Made by a program: the position numbers and the translations under genes. A model generated the notes under the pieces. It worked only from the letters and a program-made list of their open reading frames with translations. It ran no database searches and was not told the origin of the DNA. 64,000 nt of DNA from an uncultured bacterium. Its GTDB lineage: Bacteria > Desulfobacterota_D > UBA1144 > Nemesobacterales > UBA2774. Each line of letters starts with the position of its first letter. Position 1 is the stretch's first letter. Shown one piece after another: positions 31,883-43,682 of this stretch. The stretch covers positions 608,001-672,000 of the forward strand of contig CAVPJU010000010.1 of NCBI GenBank assembly GCA_963705505.1. The letters are read 5' to 3'.

Positions 31883-32551
31883 ATGAGTGCGTATAAATTA
31901 AAGAGCAGGGAAGTCAGTGTTAAGTCGAATATAGGTAATTCGTGTTTGGATATTTCAGAGATGCCCGATGAGAATCTGCTTGACCGCATTGCCGTAAGCG
32001 GGAACGAGCAGGCGCTTAATGAAATCCTGAGACGCTACAGAGACAGGATATACAGGACCGCTCTAAAAGTTACGAACAACCATAACGACGCCGAGGATGT
32101 AGTTCAGGAGGTTTCGCTGACGATTTACAGAAAGGCGCATACCTTCCGCACGGATTCCAAGTTCTCGACCTGGCTATACAGGCTCGTCACAAACGAAGCC
32201 ATCTCGAGACTGAGAAAAATTAGAAGAGAAAGAACCGTCTCGCTCGACGATTATATGCCCAGGTTCGACGATGACGGTCACCATGCCGAAAGACCTGTAG
32301 TCGACTGGTCGCAGGAGGTGGAGAAAAAGGTAGCCGTGAGGGAGATACAGTCCATTATAGAACGGGCAATGCAGGAGCTTACGCCCATCGACAGGACCGT
32401 AGTGGTACTGAGCGAAATAGAGGAGCTGACGAATCCGGAGATCGGAAAGGTGCTCGGCCTGAGCGTACTGGCAGTGAAAGGGAGACTCCACAGGGCGCGA
32501 CTTTTTCTCCGTGCAAAACTGGCGGTCCAGCTGGGATATTCAGCAGCTTAA
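31883..32551 (+). CDS. ECF RNA polymerase sigma factor
   Basis: Region 2 DAEDVVQE..FSTWLYRL..N; region 4 EIG.VLG.S..AVKGRLHRAR; GGAGG RBS. Confidence 0.95.
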   Translation: MSAYKLKSREVSVKSNIGNSCLDISEMPDENLLDRIAVSGNEQALNEILRRYRDRIYRTALKVTNNHNDAEDVVQEVSLTIYRKAHTFRTDSKFSTWLYRLVTNEAISRLRKIRRERTVSLDDYMPRFDDDGHHAERPVVDWSQEVEKKVAVREIQSIIERAMQELTPIDRTVVVLSEIEELTNPEIGKVLGLSVLAVKGRLHRARLFLRAKLAVQLGYSAA

Positions 32552-32644
32552 TCGGAATTTTTGCTTGATAGCAGGTGCTTACGTAAATAAATATGCTTTA
32601 AGCCGCACACCCGATCGGGTCCCGACATATTCTATTAAATTTCG

Positions 32645-32672
32645 GATCCAACCCCTTCTTCCATACGTCTAA
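32645..32672 (+). promoter_or_regulatory. putative ECF promoter, copy 4 (anti-sigma)
   Basis: GATCC-N16-CGTCTAA. Confidence 0.75.
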
Positions 32673-32691
32673 TCAGGTAAAGAGGAAAGAA

Positions 32692-32907
32692 ATGGCCGGA
32701 CGAATAATTCCAAAGAATAAAAGACAGTCTGTTGACACATGCAGGGATGCGACGAGCCTGATACTAGAGTTTCTGCAGGGAGAGCTGAGCCCGGAGACCA
32801 ATTCCGAATTCGAGAAGCACCTGCAAGTATGCCCTGATTGTGTAGCGTTTCTGAACACGTACAGAAAAACCATCGAGCTTACCAAGAGGTTTCTCCATAA
32901 GCAGTAG
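32692..32907 (+). CDS. soluble zf-HC2 (ZAS) anti-sigma factor
   Basis: C...L.GEL...HLQVCPDC (HxxxCxxC); no TM segment. Confidence 0.88.
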   Translation: MAGRIIPKNKRQSVDTCRDATSLILEFLQGELSPETNSEFEKHLQVCPDCVAFLNTYRKTIELTKRFLHKQ

Positions 32908-32954
32908 GCATTCCCCGGTATTCTCAAAAGACATCCCGCAAATTAAAAAAAATG

Positions 32955-32982
32955 GATCCCTTTTCGTATTCCCAGCGTATAA
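32955..32982 (+). promoter_or_regulatory. putative ECF promoter, copy 5
   Basis: GATCC-N16-CGTATAA. Confidence 0.72.
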
Positions 32983-33023
32983 ATATCTATAGTTCTAAAA
33001 AATCCAATAAGGAGGTATTTAAA

Positions 33024-33378
33024 ATGCAAAGATTGAGATTACTTGCATTTTCGTTAATAATAGCAGTAAGTTTCGCCAGTCTTTTTACGGCACGGTCTTT
33101 TGCCGCTGACGCGGGCACAAAGACGATTACGGGGACCATAATCTGTTTGATACCCGATTATAAGAAAGGCACTGTTACGCCTGTAATTGCAACGGGTCCC
33201 TGTAACAGCTTACCCCCACATCAGCACATCCTCGTGACGAAGGAAGGAACCGTTTATACCCTTCAGGGTCTTCAGGAGGGCTTGATGAAGGTCGTCCATG
33301 ATGCCCAAGAGGACCAATGTAACTATGACCGGGAAGGTAGAGGGCAATAATTACGGCTGGGTTCTATTTGTAGATTAG
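33024..33378 (+). CDS. small secreted protein, probable frameshift at ~33295
   Basis: TAAGGAGG RBS, signal peptide (SFA-AD), two Cys; shifted frame gives MPKRTNVTMTGKVEGNNYGWVLFVD*. Confidence 0.65.
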
Positions 33379-33390
33379 ATAACGTTTTTT

Positions 33391-33415
33391 GGGGAGAGAT
33401 TCGAAATCTCTCCCC
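33391..33415 (+). terminator. stem-loop after the secreted protein gene
   Basis: GGGGAGAGATT-CGA-AATCTCTCCCC; poor U-tract. Confidence 0.55.
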
Positions 33416-33572
33416 GAAATTATCCTCTTTTATTTAACGTTTATAGCCCTCCCGCCGGGCAATGACTTTAATCCAGGCAAAAGTATTTTTAACCTTCTAA
33501 AGCAACAAACCGAAGCAAAAACTAACGAGCCGATCGACTCGTTAAATGCACCACTTATATACCGCGCAAATT

Positions 33573-33600
33573 AATCCAATGGACTCCGGACGTCGTCTAA
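33573..33600 (+). promoter_or_regulatory. putative ECF promoter, copy 6
   Basis: AATCC-N16-CGTCTAA. Confidence 0.75.
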
Positions 33601-33650
33601 ATTAAATTAATGCACGCAAGAAGGTATGATAATGTTTCGGGTGCTGAATA

Positions 33651-36281
33651 ATGTTTGCGCAACAACTGAGAGACTGGGCCCATACGCAGCCTGATAAAAT
33701 CGCATTACAGTCGAGAAATAAAGAAGGCTCCTATTCCAGAGTCACCTTCAAGGAATTATACCGAAGATGCCTTGAGTCGGAATCGAAACTCGCTGACATG
33801 GGATTCCGCGCCGGAGACCATATCGCGCTCTATGGAGAGAACTCCATAGATTGGGTCGTCTCCTACATTTCCATACACTTCTTGGGAGCTTCCGTCATAC
33901 CGCTCGATGCGCTTTTCAGTCCCCGTGATATTTTGAATTTTCTCGACTTCTCGGAAGCCAAGGCCATATTAACAGACCTATCTCATATCGATAAACTTAA
34001 AGAAGAATTAGCCTCTAAAGATTCCGATATCAGAGTAATCCCGATGGAATCAATTATCGCTGAACCCGCCGGGAACAGACTGATCGAGCCCCGTATCCCG
34101 AACCCGGATGATTTAATAGCGATATTATTCACGTCCGGCACAACGGGCACTCCGAAAGGCGTACAGCTATCAAATGAAAACGTGTTCAGCACCGTAAAGG
34201 CAATATTAAAATCAGTCGATGTCTCAAAAAGCGATAACATTTTGAACATACTCCCGCTCCACCACGGGTATTCGTCGATCGTAGCGTTGATTTCCCCGCT
34301 CTCCGCCGGCGCAACCGTGACTTTCTCGGAATCAATTAAAAGCTCAGACCTTTTGGCTGCCGTCAGAGAAACGCAAGTTACGGTATTCCCCGGAGTACCG
34401 AGGTTATTCGAGCTTCTCCACAATGAGATCGATAAGAGGGTAAGCCGGCTGCCGTTACTCCAGAAGCTCATATTTAGAGCTCTCTTTAAAATTTCGGAAA
34501 TCAATTGGAAAACGCTCAACATAAGGCTCGGCAAGATATTTTTTGCAAAGATTCATGAACCGTTCGGAGGACAGTTCCGTTTTTTTACGTCCGGAGGGGC
34601 AAAGCTCGACCCGAAAATATCGAGCGACTTCCTTACCCTCGGCTTCGGCATGGCGGAAGGGTACGGACTTACGGAGACTTCGGCTGTTTCAACGCTGACC
34701 TCTCCGGACAGGCCCGTGCCGGGGAGCGCAGGAAAACCACTTCCCGGAGTCGAAATCAGAATCGATAACCCGGATGCATCCGGTGTAGGCGAGATCTGTA
34801 TAAAGGGGCCGAATATTACCACCGGGTATTACAAAAACGAGCCCGCCACGCGTGAGCTCATTAGAGACGGATGGCTCTACTCGGGAGATCTGGGGAAAAT
34901 CGATCGAGACGGAAACGTATATATAACCGGCAGGGCGAAAGAGGTCATAGTGCTTCCTTCGGGGAAAAACATATACCCTGAGGACGTCGAAAGCCTGTAT
35001 AAAGAGGGCCCTCTCATCGATGAGCTCTGCGTCCTGGCTTTGAAGTCGGGCACCGGAAACACAACCGGACTCCGTATGATAGTAGTGCCGGACATGAAAG
35101 AAATCAAAGAAAGAGGCATATACGATATCAATGAAAGGATACGCTCTGCGATCTCAATGACCGGTTCGAGCCTGCCGTCTTACATGCAGGTATCGGACGT
35201 GCTCATATATAACGGCGAGCTGCCCAAGACAAGGCTGGGCAAATTCAAAAGAAACGAAATCGAAGCGATCGCGAACGAGCTGAAGACAGGGGAAGGACCC
35301 AGGGAAAAGGTATTGAGCCCCGAAGGCAGAGAGCTCGTGCAAAGGCCGGAATCTGTAATATTCTTGAAACGCTTCTCAGAAATAACAGACCTGGAAGGAC
35401 CCTTTACTCCCGGCGATGACCTCACTCTTGACCTGGGGCTCGATTCCCTGATGCTCGTTCAGATTCTGACGTTACTGGAGATGGAGTTCGGAGTATTGAT
35501 ACCGGAAGGAGAGATTCCCGAGCTCCGCACGATCGGTGATATTCTCGGAAAATTACCCGAAACACACCGGGCTGAAACCGAAGGGGAAGTATCATTAAAA
35601 GAAGGGAGAGAGACCGAATCGTTGGATGAAATCTTTAATTTAAAAAGGGGAATCGTTAAAAAAATTTTAATGAGGGCCTTTCAGTTAATTGTCAGGGTAA
35701 TCGTGCTGATCGCGTTCAGGGCAGAAATCAGAGACATCGGCAAGATGCCTGCCGATACGCCCATATTGATATGCCCTAATCACCAGAGCCTCATCGACCC
35801 TATACTCGTATTTGCCCTCCTCCCCGGCCGGATGCTCGATAGACTCCTGTTCACGGGATTCGGGGAGTATTTCAGCAGCGCGCCCCTGTCCTGGATCGTT
35901 CGTCCCATGAGGATAATACTGACAGGGACAGCAAGGACGTACGGGGAATCCCTGAGACTCGCATCTCAGGGACTGAGGCGGGGCATGGCCGTGTGTATCT
36001 TTCCCGAAGGCGAGCGGACGAGTACCGGAAATGTGATGAGTCCGAGGATAGGCACGGGATTACTGAGCGTGGAAACGGATACCCGGATAGTTCCTATCCA
36101 CATCGACGGAGCTGCAAAAACCCTCTCTCCTCTCCACCCGGGGCTGAGATTCCCCAGAGTGTCCCTGACCGTAATGGACCCGATCGAGCCTGCCGGAGTC
36201 GGCGAAAATCCTAAAGACTCGTATAAAATGACGGTCGATAAATGGTTTAACGCCATGAAGAAAATTGAGGGAAACAGCTGA
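33651..36281 (+). CDS. long-chain acyl-AMP/CoA ligase - acyl carrier - PlsC acyltransferase fusion
   Basis: FTSGTTG.PKG, GYGLTET, SGDLG, GRAK; DLGLDSL (Ppant Ser); NHQSLID and FPEG. Confidence 0.9.
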   Translation: MFAQQLRDWAHTQPDKIALQSRNKEGSYSRVTFKELYRRCLESESKLADMGFRAGDHIALYGENSIDWVVSYISIHFLGASVIPLDALFSPRDILNFLDFSEAKAILTDLSHIDKLKEELASKDSDIRVIPMESIIAEPAGNRLIEPRIPNPDDLIAILFTSGTTGTPKGVQLSNENVFSTVKAILKSVDVSKSDNILNILPLHHGYSSIVALISPLSAGATVTFSESIKSSDLLAAVRETQVTVFPGVPRLFELLHNEIDKRVSRLPLLQKLIFRALFKISEINWKTLNIRLGKIFFAKIHEPFGGQFRFFTSGGAKLDPKISSDFLTLGFGMAEGYGLTETSAVSTLTSPDRPVPGSAGKPLPGVEIRIDNPDASGVGEICIKGPNITTGYYKNEPATRELIRDGWLYSGDLGKIDRDGNVYITGRAKEVIVLPSGKNIYPEDVESLYKEGPLIDELCVLALKSGTGNTTGLRMIVVPDMKEIKERGIYDINERIRSAISMTGSSLPSYMQVSDVLIYNGELPKTRLGKFKRNEIEAIANELKTGEGPREKVLSPEGRELVQRPESVIFLKRFSEITDLEGPFTPGDDLTLDLGLDSLMLVQILTLLEMEFGVLIPEGEIPELRTIGDILGKLPETHRAETEGEVSLKEGRETESLDEIFNLKRGIVKKILMRAFQLIVRVIVLIAFRAEIRDIGKMPADTPILICPNHQSLIDPILVFALLPGRMLDRLLFTGFGEYFSSAPLSWIVRPMRIILTGTARTYGESLRLASQGLRRGMAVCIFPEGERTSTGNVMSPRIGTGLLSVETDTRIVPIHIDGAAKTLSPLHPGLRFPRVSLTVMDPIEPAGVGENPKDSYKMTVDKWFNAMKKIEGNS

Positions 36282-36541
36282 AATTTCCCGACCCCCGGGA
36301 TCATTCCGGCTGATACGTTCCGCGGCCTTCCCATCTCCGAGTATTTTTTGATTGATTTACACCGGATTACCCGGCAAAATTACTCGGAACGGGCAAATGG
36401 GTCCCTGCCCTTGTGGTTTACGTTCCAAAACCAGAAAAACTAAATCGCAGTCATATACCGGGTATCGTTATGAAGGAAATGTTACAAGCGATGACCCGGC
36501 TTATGCCGGGATGCCTATAGACCCTTTTCGGGATTATTGCA

Positions 36542-38252
36542 ATGCAAAGCCTTACAGCAGAAAACATTATGGTGTTTTTTCTCTCGCTCGGCTTATTGCT
36601 CGGCGTGGCACGGGTGCTGGGCGAGTTGGCTCAGAAGCTCCATCAGCCGGCCGTATTGGGAGAGCTCCTCGCCGGCGTGATACTGGGCCCGACGGTTCTC
36701 GGAAGCCTGGCTCCCGAGGCGAGCGCTTTTTTATTCCCTCAGGAAGGTCCGAATTCCATTGCCCTTAACGCAATCACAACCCTTGCCGTTACCCTGTTAA
36801 TGCTTGTGGCGGGAATGGAGGTCGACCTCTCCACCATTTGGAGGCAAGGTAGAATCGGTTTCAAGGTCGGTACCGCCGGTATGATAATCCCGTTTTTTTT
36901 GGGGTTAGCAGCGGCATGGCTTGCTCCCCAGGCTCTCGGCCGTGACGTTGATGCCGACCCGTTGGTATTCAGTCTCTTTTTCGCGACGGCCTTATCCATT
37001 TCGGCTCTTCCTGTAATTGCCAAGACGCTTATGGATCTTGATCTTTACAGGAGCGATTTCGGTATGGTGGTTGTGAGCGCCGCTATTTTAAACGACCTTA
37101 TAGGGTGGATAATCTTCGCCATAATCCTGGGTCTTATAGGCGCTGAGTCAGGCCATTCGAACAATATCCTGTTTACGATCACGCTTACCCTCGCGTTCGC
37201 CGGAGTCATGCTCACCGTTGGACGCTCGCTCATTCACAGGACACTTCCTTTTCTTCAGGCTTATACGCGATGGCCGGGCGGGGTGCTCAGCTTCGCGCTG
37301 ATCCTGGCGCTCCTCGGAGCCGCGTTTACCGAATGGATCGGAATTCACGCTATATTCGGTTCTTTCATCGTTGGAGTAGCAGTGGGCGATTCTTCGCATT
37401 TGCGCGAGCGTACGAGGGTAATTATCGATCAGTTTGTCTCATTCATATTCGCGCCGGTATTCTTTGCGAGTATAGGACTGAAAGTAAATTTCATAACACA
37501 CTTCGATCTTGTGCCGGTATTGACAGTCCTGCTCATCGCATGCGTATGCAAACTCGCAGGCGGCACACTGGGGGCCAGGTGGGGCGGAATGCCGCGTCGC
37601 GAATCCTGGGCCGTGGGTTTTGCGATGAACTCCAGAGGGGCGATCGAGATCGTCCTCGGCCTCCTGGCTCTTCAGGCGGGCATAATCCGTAACCGCCTTT
37701 TCGTGGCCCTCGTCATCATGGCTATCGTCACATCAATGATGAGCGGTCCGGCGATGCGGATTATCCTCCGGCTGGGCAAGAAGCGCAGGCTCCAGGACGC
37801 TCTATCCTCGAGGCTCTTCACACGAGAGCTGCAGGCCTTCTCAAGCCGTATGGCAATACACGAGCTGACGACGATGGCATGTGAAGCGGCGGGTCTCAAC
37901 GCTGGCGAGGTCGAAGCAGCTGTCTGGGAGCGCGAAGAAACGCTGCCCACCGGCATCGGATACGGGATAGCACTCCCTCACGCCCGTATCGAAGGCATTA
38001 CGCAAGCCCATAGTGACGATCGGATTTTCCGATTCGGGGATCGACTTCGACGCGCCCGACGAAAAGCCGGCATACATAATATTCCTGATACTCACTCCCG
38101 TGGACGACCCGGATTCGCAGCTTGAAATCACCGCGGAGCTGGCAAAGCTCTTCCGCGAGAACGGGATGACGGAACGGGTGCTGAAGACAAAGAGCTTTAC
38201 GGAATTTCTTGCGCTCGTGAGGAGCTCCCCGGCAGAGACCGAACAGGCATAA
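36542..38252 (+). CDS. cation:proton antiporter fused to PTS EIIA-like domain, frameshift at ~38003
   Basis: GELLAG..LGP, GME.D, ND..GW, MNSRG; RE...PTGIG.GIALPHAR and GIDFDAPD. Confidence 0.85.
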
Positions 38253-38566
38253 TCAATTTATATCCTGCGCCGCGAAAAGAGCCATGGCCATTCAGGTTGT
38301 GTTACCAGACCCTTGCAGCATCTCTGTAAAAGAGGATATGGAGAAAAGCCCCGATATACAGGAGTCTGACAGTCTTTCTCCTCTTCCCGGACTGAGACAC
38401 ACCCGTTGCTGTCAGGAGCCATCCGAATCTGTCTACCGTTGCGACCGAACAAGTCGTTATGCAGAATAGAATAAGAAACGGGTCCTTCAGCTTGGACGTC
38501 TCTATTTTCGAGGGTTATTAAAAATAACATTGCAAATAGAGGATATTATTCCCACGTTTAATACAA

Positions 38567-38680
38567 TCATTTCGCAGCCTGACTCTCTTTTATCTCTTTC
38601 CGCTTCTTGGTTTGCTCCATCGCCATCTCGTAAGCGACATAATATTTATAAATATTTCCCACGTATGTTACCGTCTCCCT
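38567..38680 (-). pseudogene. C-terminal remnant resembling MltF-like lytic transglycosylase
   Basis: Minus frame reads RETVTYVGNIYKYYVAYEMAMEQTKKRKEIKESQAAK*; no start or upstream domain. Confidence 0.6.
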
Positions 38681-38721
38681 GTAACAGGAATTAATGACGA
38701 GCAATTAGCCCATTACGAGTA

Positions 38722-38949
38722 TCATTTATGACTTTCCCCGATTATATAACCTGTGAGCGCACCGGCACCCGCGCCTACCGCGGTCCCTACCCAGAGGTTC
38801 CCGCCCGATAGCGCGGCTATGCCCAGCCCGGCCCCGGCGCCTATTGCACCCCCGCTCACCGTGCGCTGCTGCGTCTCGGACATCCCTGCGCACCCCGCGA
38901 TGGGGAGAATTATTGAAGCCACAGCTATCAAATATTTAATCTTTTTCAT
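38722..38949 (-). CDS. glycine-zipper (YMGG-like) lipoprotein
   Basis: Lipobox IAG-C; GGAIGAGAG..GTAVGAGAGAL.G. Confidence 0.85.
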   Translation of the reverse strand: MKKIKYLIAVASIILPIAGCAGMSETQQRTVSGGAIGAGAGLGIAALSGGNLWVGTAVGAGAGALTGYIIGESHK

Positions 38950-38980
38950 TGTCGATCTCCTTTTTTGAACTCATGTCAGA

Positions 38981-39424
38981 TTATTTCAATGGCTTGCCGG
39001 CTATCCCTGTTTTGATGTTTGGTTTCACCATCGTATCCCATATGACCATCATCACAGGCGTGCCGGTCTTGTCCGGATTATCCGCATAGAATTTATCGAC
39101 GGCGGCGACGACCTGGCTCATCGTCATCGGAGAATTTGAAGCCGCTTCGACTACCTTCGCCACGAACGTGTCCCGCTTTTGATCTGGATACTTCTCCATT
39201 ATCACCTCTTCGATAGTCACCACGTGACCCGCTCCCCAGACGAACGCAACCTTGGAATTCTCGTCCATGGTTACCCACTGGTCCCCTTTAAGGACGGGCA
39301 TCTCCCTCTCGACTGCCTGCGGGATTGTCTCCTCCGCAGACGCTCCGAGAATGGGGGCCGCAATGGCAACTTGAAACAATGCGAATACAAGCATTGTAGA
39401 TACATTCAACATCTTCATGGTCAT
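38981..39424 (-). CDS. hypothetical secreted protein
   Basis: GGAGG RBS, signal peptide; G..W..M....K.AF..G and VD.FY..NP pattern. Confidence 0.75.
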   Translation of the reverse strand: MTMKMLNVSTMLVFALFQVAIAAPILGASAEETIPQAVEREMPVLKGDQWVTMDENSKVAFVWGAGHVVTIEEVIMEKYPDQKRDTFVAKVVEAASNSPMTMSQVVAAVDKFYADNPDKTGTPVMMVIWDTMVKPNIKTGIAGKPLK

Positions 39425-40103
39425 ACCTCCTCGTTTATTTAATAAGTTTTTTCGATGCCGTCAGATTTTGGTTATTTGCAATATTACGAAGTAACAGGAG
39501 GAAGCAGGAGCGAGTAAAAGATGCGTATCACAGGAAAACCTCTAATCGGCTGTAGCTTGATCGTCAGCGGCTTACGTTTAATCCTAACTGCGCAAGGCTC
39601 CGCTATGACAGGCAATGCCTGCTGCTCCTCTTTGTCTTAATTAACTTACTCACCCCCCCTGATATTCAGTTAATCGACAATCAACCTATTGTTATAGATT
39701 CCCCGTACCCGATCCTTACTCTTCAGAAGTAATACAATTCCATTCTAGCATGTTTGCTTTACCCTGTGAATAATTATTTTAGTATTATAACGAAAATGGT
39801 AACTATTTGTTATCATTGTTGATTGTTGTTAAACATGTGCCTTCCCTCGTATTCCCTGTACTATTGCCCGCCGTGGGGCTATATATAAGGAGGAATATCG
39901 AGATGCAATCGTGTTTGCAAGATGGTAAAAAAAGAGAGAGAGTATTATTTCCGACTATTAACCGGGGGGAGAAAATATGTACGAATCCTAACAGGCATAG
40001 AGCACTCTTACACACATGGATATAACCTGTTGATTATATGATTGTTTTACCTGAAACTTAAACGTCCCGGTATAGCAGCGGTGAAGATTTAAAGGAGACT
40101 CGG

Positions 40104-42820
40104 ATGGAGAATAACGAGAGGAAGCGGCTTAACGATTCGAGAGAAAAGATAATCCCATGGAAGAAGTGGGGGCCTTATCTGAGCGAGAGGCAGTGGGGGA
40201 CAGTGAGGGAGGACTATAGCGAACACGGCACCGCGTGGGATTACTTCCCGCACGACCATGCGCGGTCTCGCGCATACAGGTGGGGCGAGGACGGACTCGC
40301 GGGTTTCTCAGACGACAAGCAGACGCTTTGCTTCGCGCTCGCCTTATGGAACGGCAAGGACCCTATTATAAAGGAGCGGCTCTTCGGCCTCACGAACAGC
40401 GAAGGGAACCACGGCGAGGACGTGAAGGAATATTATTTCTATCTCGACAGCACGCCCACGCACTCGTACATGAAGTACCTCTATAAATACCCGCAGTCCG
40501 CATATCCCTACAGGGAACTGGTGCAGAAAAACAGGGCGGCGACCAGACATGATCTCGAATACGAGCTTATGAACACAGGCGTGTTCGATGACGACAGGTA
40601 TTTCGACGTGTTCGTCGAATACGCTAAGGAATCCCCGGAAGATATGCTGATAAGCATTAACGTCTTCAACCGTGGGAAAGAGACCGCCGAGCTTCATGTC
40701 CTTCCCACGCTCTGGTTCAGGAATACGTGGTCGTGGTCGGAACCGACGCCAAAGCCCGTAATCAGGCAGATAAAAACCGGAAAAGAATTCGCCGCGGCCG
40801 AATCGTCCCACGAGACTCTGGGGCAAAGATATCTCTACTGCGAGGGCAATGTCCCGAACTTCTCTTTACCGAGAACGAAACCAACACCGAGCGTTTGTTC
40901 GCGACTCCTAACGGGAGTCCTTATGTGAAGGACGGCATCAATGATTACATAGTTAAAGGAAGAAAAGAAGCAGTTAATCCCGATAAGACGGGAACAAAAG
41001 TCTCCGCCCATTACTCACTCTCGATCGGCGGCGGAGAAGCAAAGACAGTGCGGCTCCTTCTCACAGACAAGTCGCCGGAATCTCAAGATAAGAATCCGTT
41101 CAGCGGCTTCGATAAGACCGTGAAAACGCGCAAAAAGGAGGCGGACGAGTTTTATGATTCGATCACACCGCCGTCGGTGGACGGGGATTCGAGGAACGTA
41201 ATGCGTCAGGCGCTCGCGGGGATGCTATGGTCAAAGCAGTACTACTATTTCGATCTCGACACGTGGCTCCGGGAGCACGGCGCGGATATTCTGACCATCC
41301 GCCCGAAGCAGAACGTTAGGAACAGGGAATGGTTCCACATGATTAACGACGACGTGATCTCCATGCCCGACAAATGGGAATACCCGTGGTACGCCGCGTG
41401 GGACCTCGCCTTTCATACTATCGCGCTCGACATGGTCGACCCCGATTTTTCGAAAGACCAGCTCGAGCTCATGCTGCGCGAGGTCTATCTCCACCCGAAC
41501 GGGCAAATCCCCGCCTACGAATGGAACTTCAGCGACGTGAACCCCCCCGTGCATGCCTTCGCATGCCTATTCCTCTACCAGACACAGAAAGTGGTTTACG
41601 GCAAGGGCGACATCGAATTCCTGAAACAGGTATTCGACAAGCTCGTGCTCAACTTCACATGGTGGGTAAACCGGAAGGACCGGCACGGGCGAAACATATT
41701 CGAGGGCGGCTTTCTGGGTTTGGATAACATAGGGGTATTCGACCGCAGCTCGCCCCTCCCTACAGGGGGTTTCCTCGAGCAGGCCGACGGAACGGCCTGG
41801 ATGGCCATGTTCTGCCAGAACATGCTGGAGATCGCGTTTGAGCTTGCGAAATTCGATCCGACGTATGAGGATATGGCTTTGAAATTCGCCGAGCATTTCC
41901 TCTGGATCGCCTCGGCGATGGACCGCGTAGGCGATCACTACGATGAGATGTGGGACGATGAGGACGGGTTCTTCTACGACCTCCTCAGAGAACCCGACGG
42001 GAGCGCCCAGCGACTGAAAGTACGGTCTCTCGTGGGATTACTCCCGCTCTGCGCCTCGACGGTTTACGATTATGAGACGGTGCAGAGATTCCCGAAATTC
42101 AGGGAGCGCCTGAACAAACGCCTGAGCAGGATGCCCGACCTTCTGGCAACCATACATCCGCCGGCACAGCTTGGTTACGCAAACAGGTACCTGCTTTCCA
42201 TACTCAATGAGGACAAGCTGAGGCGCGTGCTTTCGAGGATGCTCGATGAAAACGAGTTCCTGAGCCGCTACGGGATACGCTCGATCTCCCGTTATCACAT
42301 GGAACATCCTTATGTATTCGACGTGCACGGCGAGCAGTATAAAGTTGAGTACATGCCCGCCGAATCCAGCTCCGGGCTCTTCGGGGGGAATTCCAACTGG
42401 CGGGGCCCGATATGGTTCCCGATAAATATCCTGATAATAAGGGCGCTCATCCACCTCTACAAATATTACGGGGACGAATTCAAGGTAGAATGCCCCACCG
42501 GATCGGGGAAGTATATGACGCTCTACGACGTGGCGGAGGAAATATCCCGGCGCCTCGAGAGCATCTTCCGAAAGGACGAAAAGGAAAGAAGGCCTGTTTA
42601 CGGAGCATCCGAGAAATTTCAGAAAGACCCGCTCTTCAAAGACCACATTTTATTTTACGAGTATTTTCACGGGGACAACGGCGCGGGAATAGGGGCGAGC
42701 CACCAGACGGGCTGGACGGGCCTCGTAGCCAAGCTCATTCAGATATACGGACACATTACGAGCGAGATCATTCTCGAAGTCCCGCGCGGCGGCGCACAGG
42801 TGTATAAGAAGGAGAAATGA
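40104..42820 (+). CDS. GH63/MGH1-like glucosidase (paralog 2), frameshift at ~40853
   Basis: Same motif set as 24137..26834; one missing base joins frames. Confidence 0.88.
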
Positions 42821-42927
42821 GTTTTTCTCCGGAACATAAACAATTAGGACTCTGTTTTGAACATACTATCTTTGAAATCAGGGCGATGGGAGTTTGGATT
42901 TTGAATACGCAAAACTGAAGAATATAG

Positions 42928-43665
42928 ATGGCAAAAGAAAAACACATCCACATCGGGACATCAGGCTGGCATTACGAGCATTGGGAAGGCCCTTTTTATC
43001 CCGGCCACATTTCGAGTGATAAGTATCTCGAATATTACTCGAAGTTCTTTCATACGGTAGAAATAAACAGTTCTTTTTACAAACTGCCCGATAAAGAAAC
43101 TATACTGGAATGGCGGGAGACAGTACCCGAAAAATTTATATTCTCAATGAAAGCCAGCCGCTATATTACGCATATGAAAAAATTAAGAGACCCGGGTCCG
43201 GCTGTATCCAACCTTATTACTACGATTTCATTATTCAAAGATAAACTCGGGCCGATTCTATTCCAATTGCCGCCCAATTGGCATGTTAACCCGGAGAGAC
43301 TTGACTCATTTATCAAATCACTGCCCCAGGATTACAGATATGCGTTTGAATTCCGGGATACAAGCTGGTTTGATGACCGTATTTATGACATTCTCGAAAA
43401 GTACAATACTGCTTTTTGCATTTACGAAATAGGCGGGTTGCTCTCCCCGAGAATCGTAACAGCAGGCATAGTCTACATCCGGCTCCACGGGCCCGACGGG
43501 CCTTACAGAGGGCAGTATTCGACATCCGTCCTCGCAGAATGGGCCAGCACATTTTCAAAATGGCTGAAAGGCGGAAAGGAGATTTTCTGTTATTTCGACA
43601 ACGACGAGGCCGGTTATGCCCCTCAGGATGCGATGAGGCTACAGGATATGGTCAGGCAAAAATGA
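42928..43665 (+). CDS. DUF72 family protein
   Basis: IGTSGW.Y..W, VEINSSFY, LFQLPP, FEFR..SW, YIRLHG, YFDND. Confidence 0.92.
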   Translation: MAKEKHIHIGTSGWHYEHWEGPFYPGHISSDKYLEYYSKFFHTVEINSSFYKLPDKETILEWRETVPEKFIFSMKASRYITHMKKLRDPGPAVSNLITTISLFKDKLGPILFQLPPNWHVNPERLDSFIKSLPQDYRYAFEFRDTSWFDDRIYDILEKYNTAFCIYEIGGLLSPRIVTAGIVYIRLHGPDGPYRGQYSTSVLAEWASTFSKWLKGGKEIFCYFDNDEAGYAPQDAMRLQDMVRQK

Positions 43666-43682
43666 TGAATCCTTAGGCGATA

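Noticed and set aside
38258..38530. Short ORFs 38284..38469 (+) and 38258..38530 (-)
   Set aside because: No convincing RBS or motifs; likely non-coding or decayed DNA.
39984..40011. AATCC upstream of the second GH63 gene as an ECF promoter
   Set aside because: CTCTTAC rather than CGTMTAR at the 16-nt spacing.
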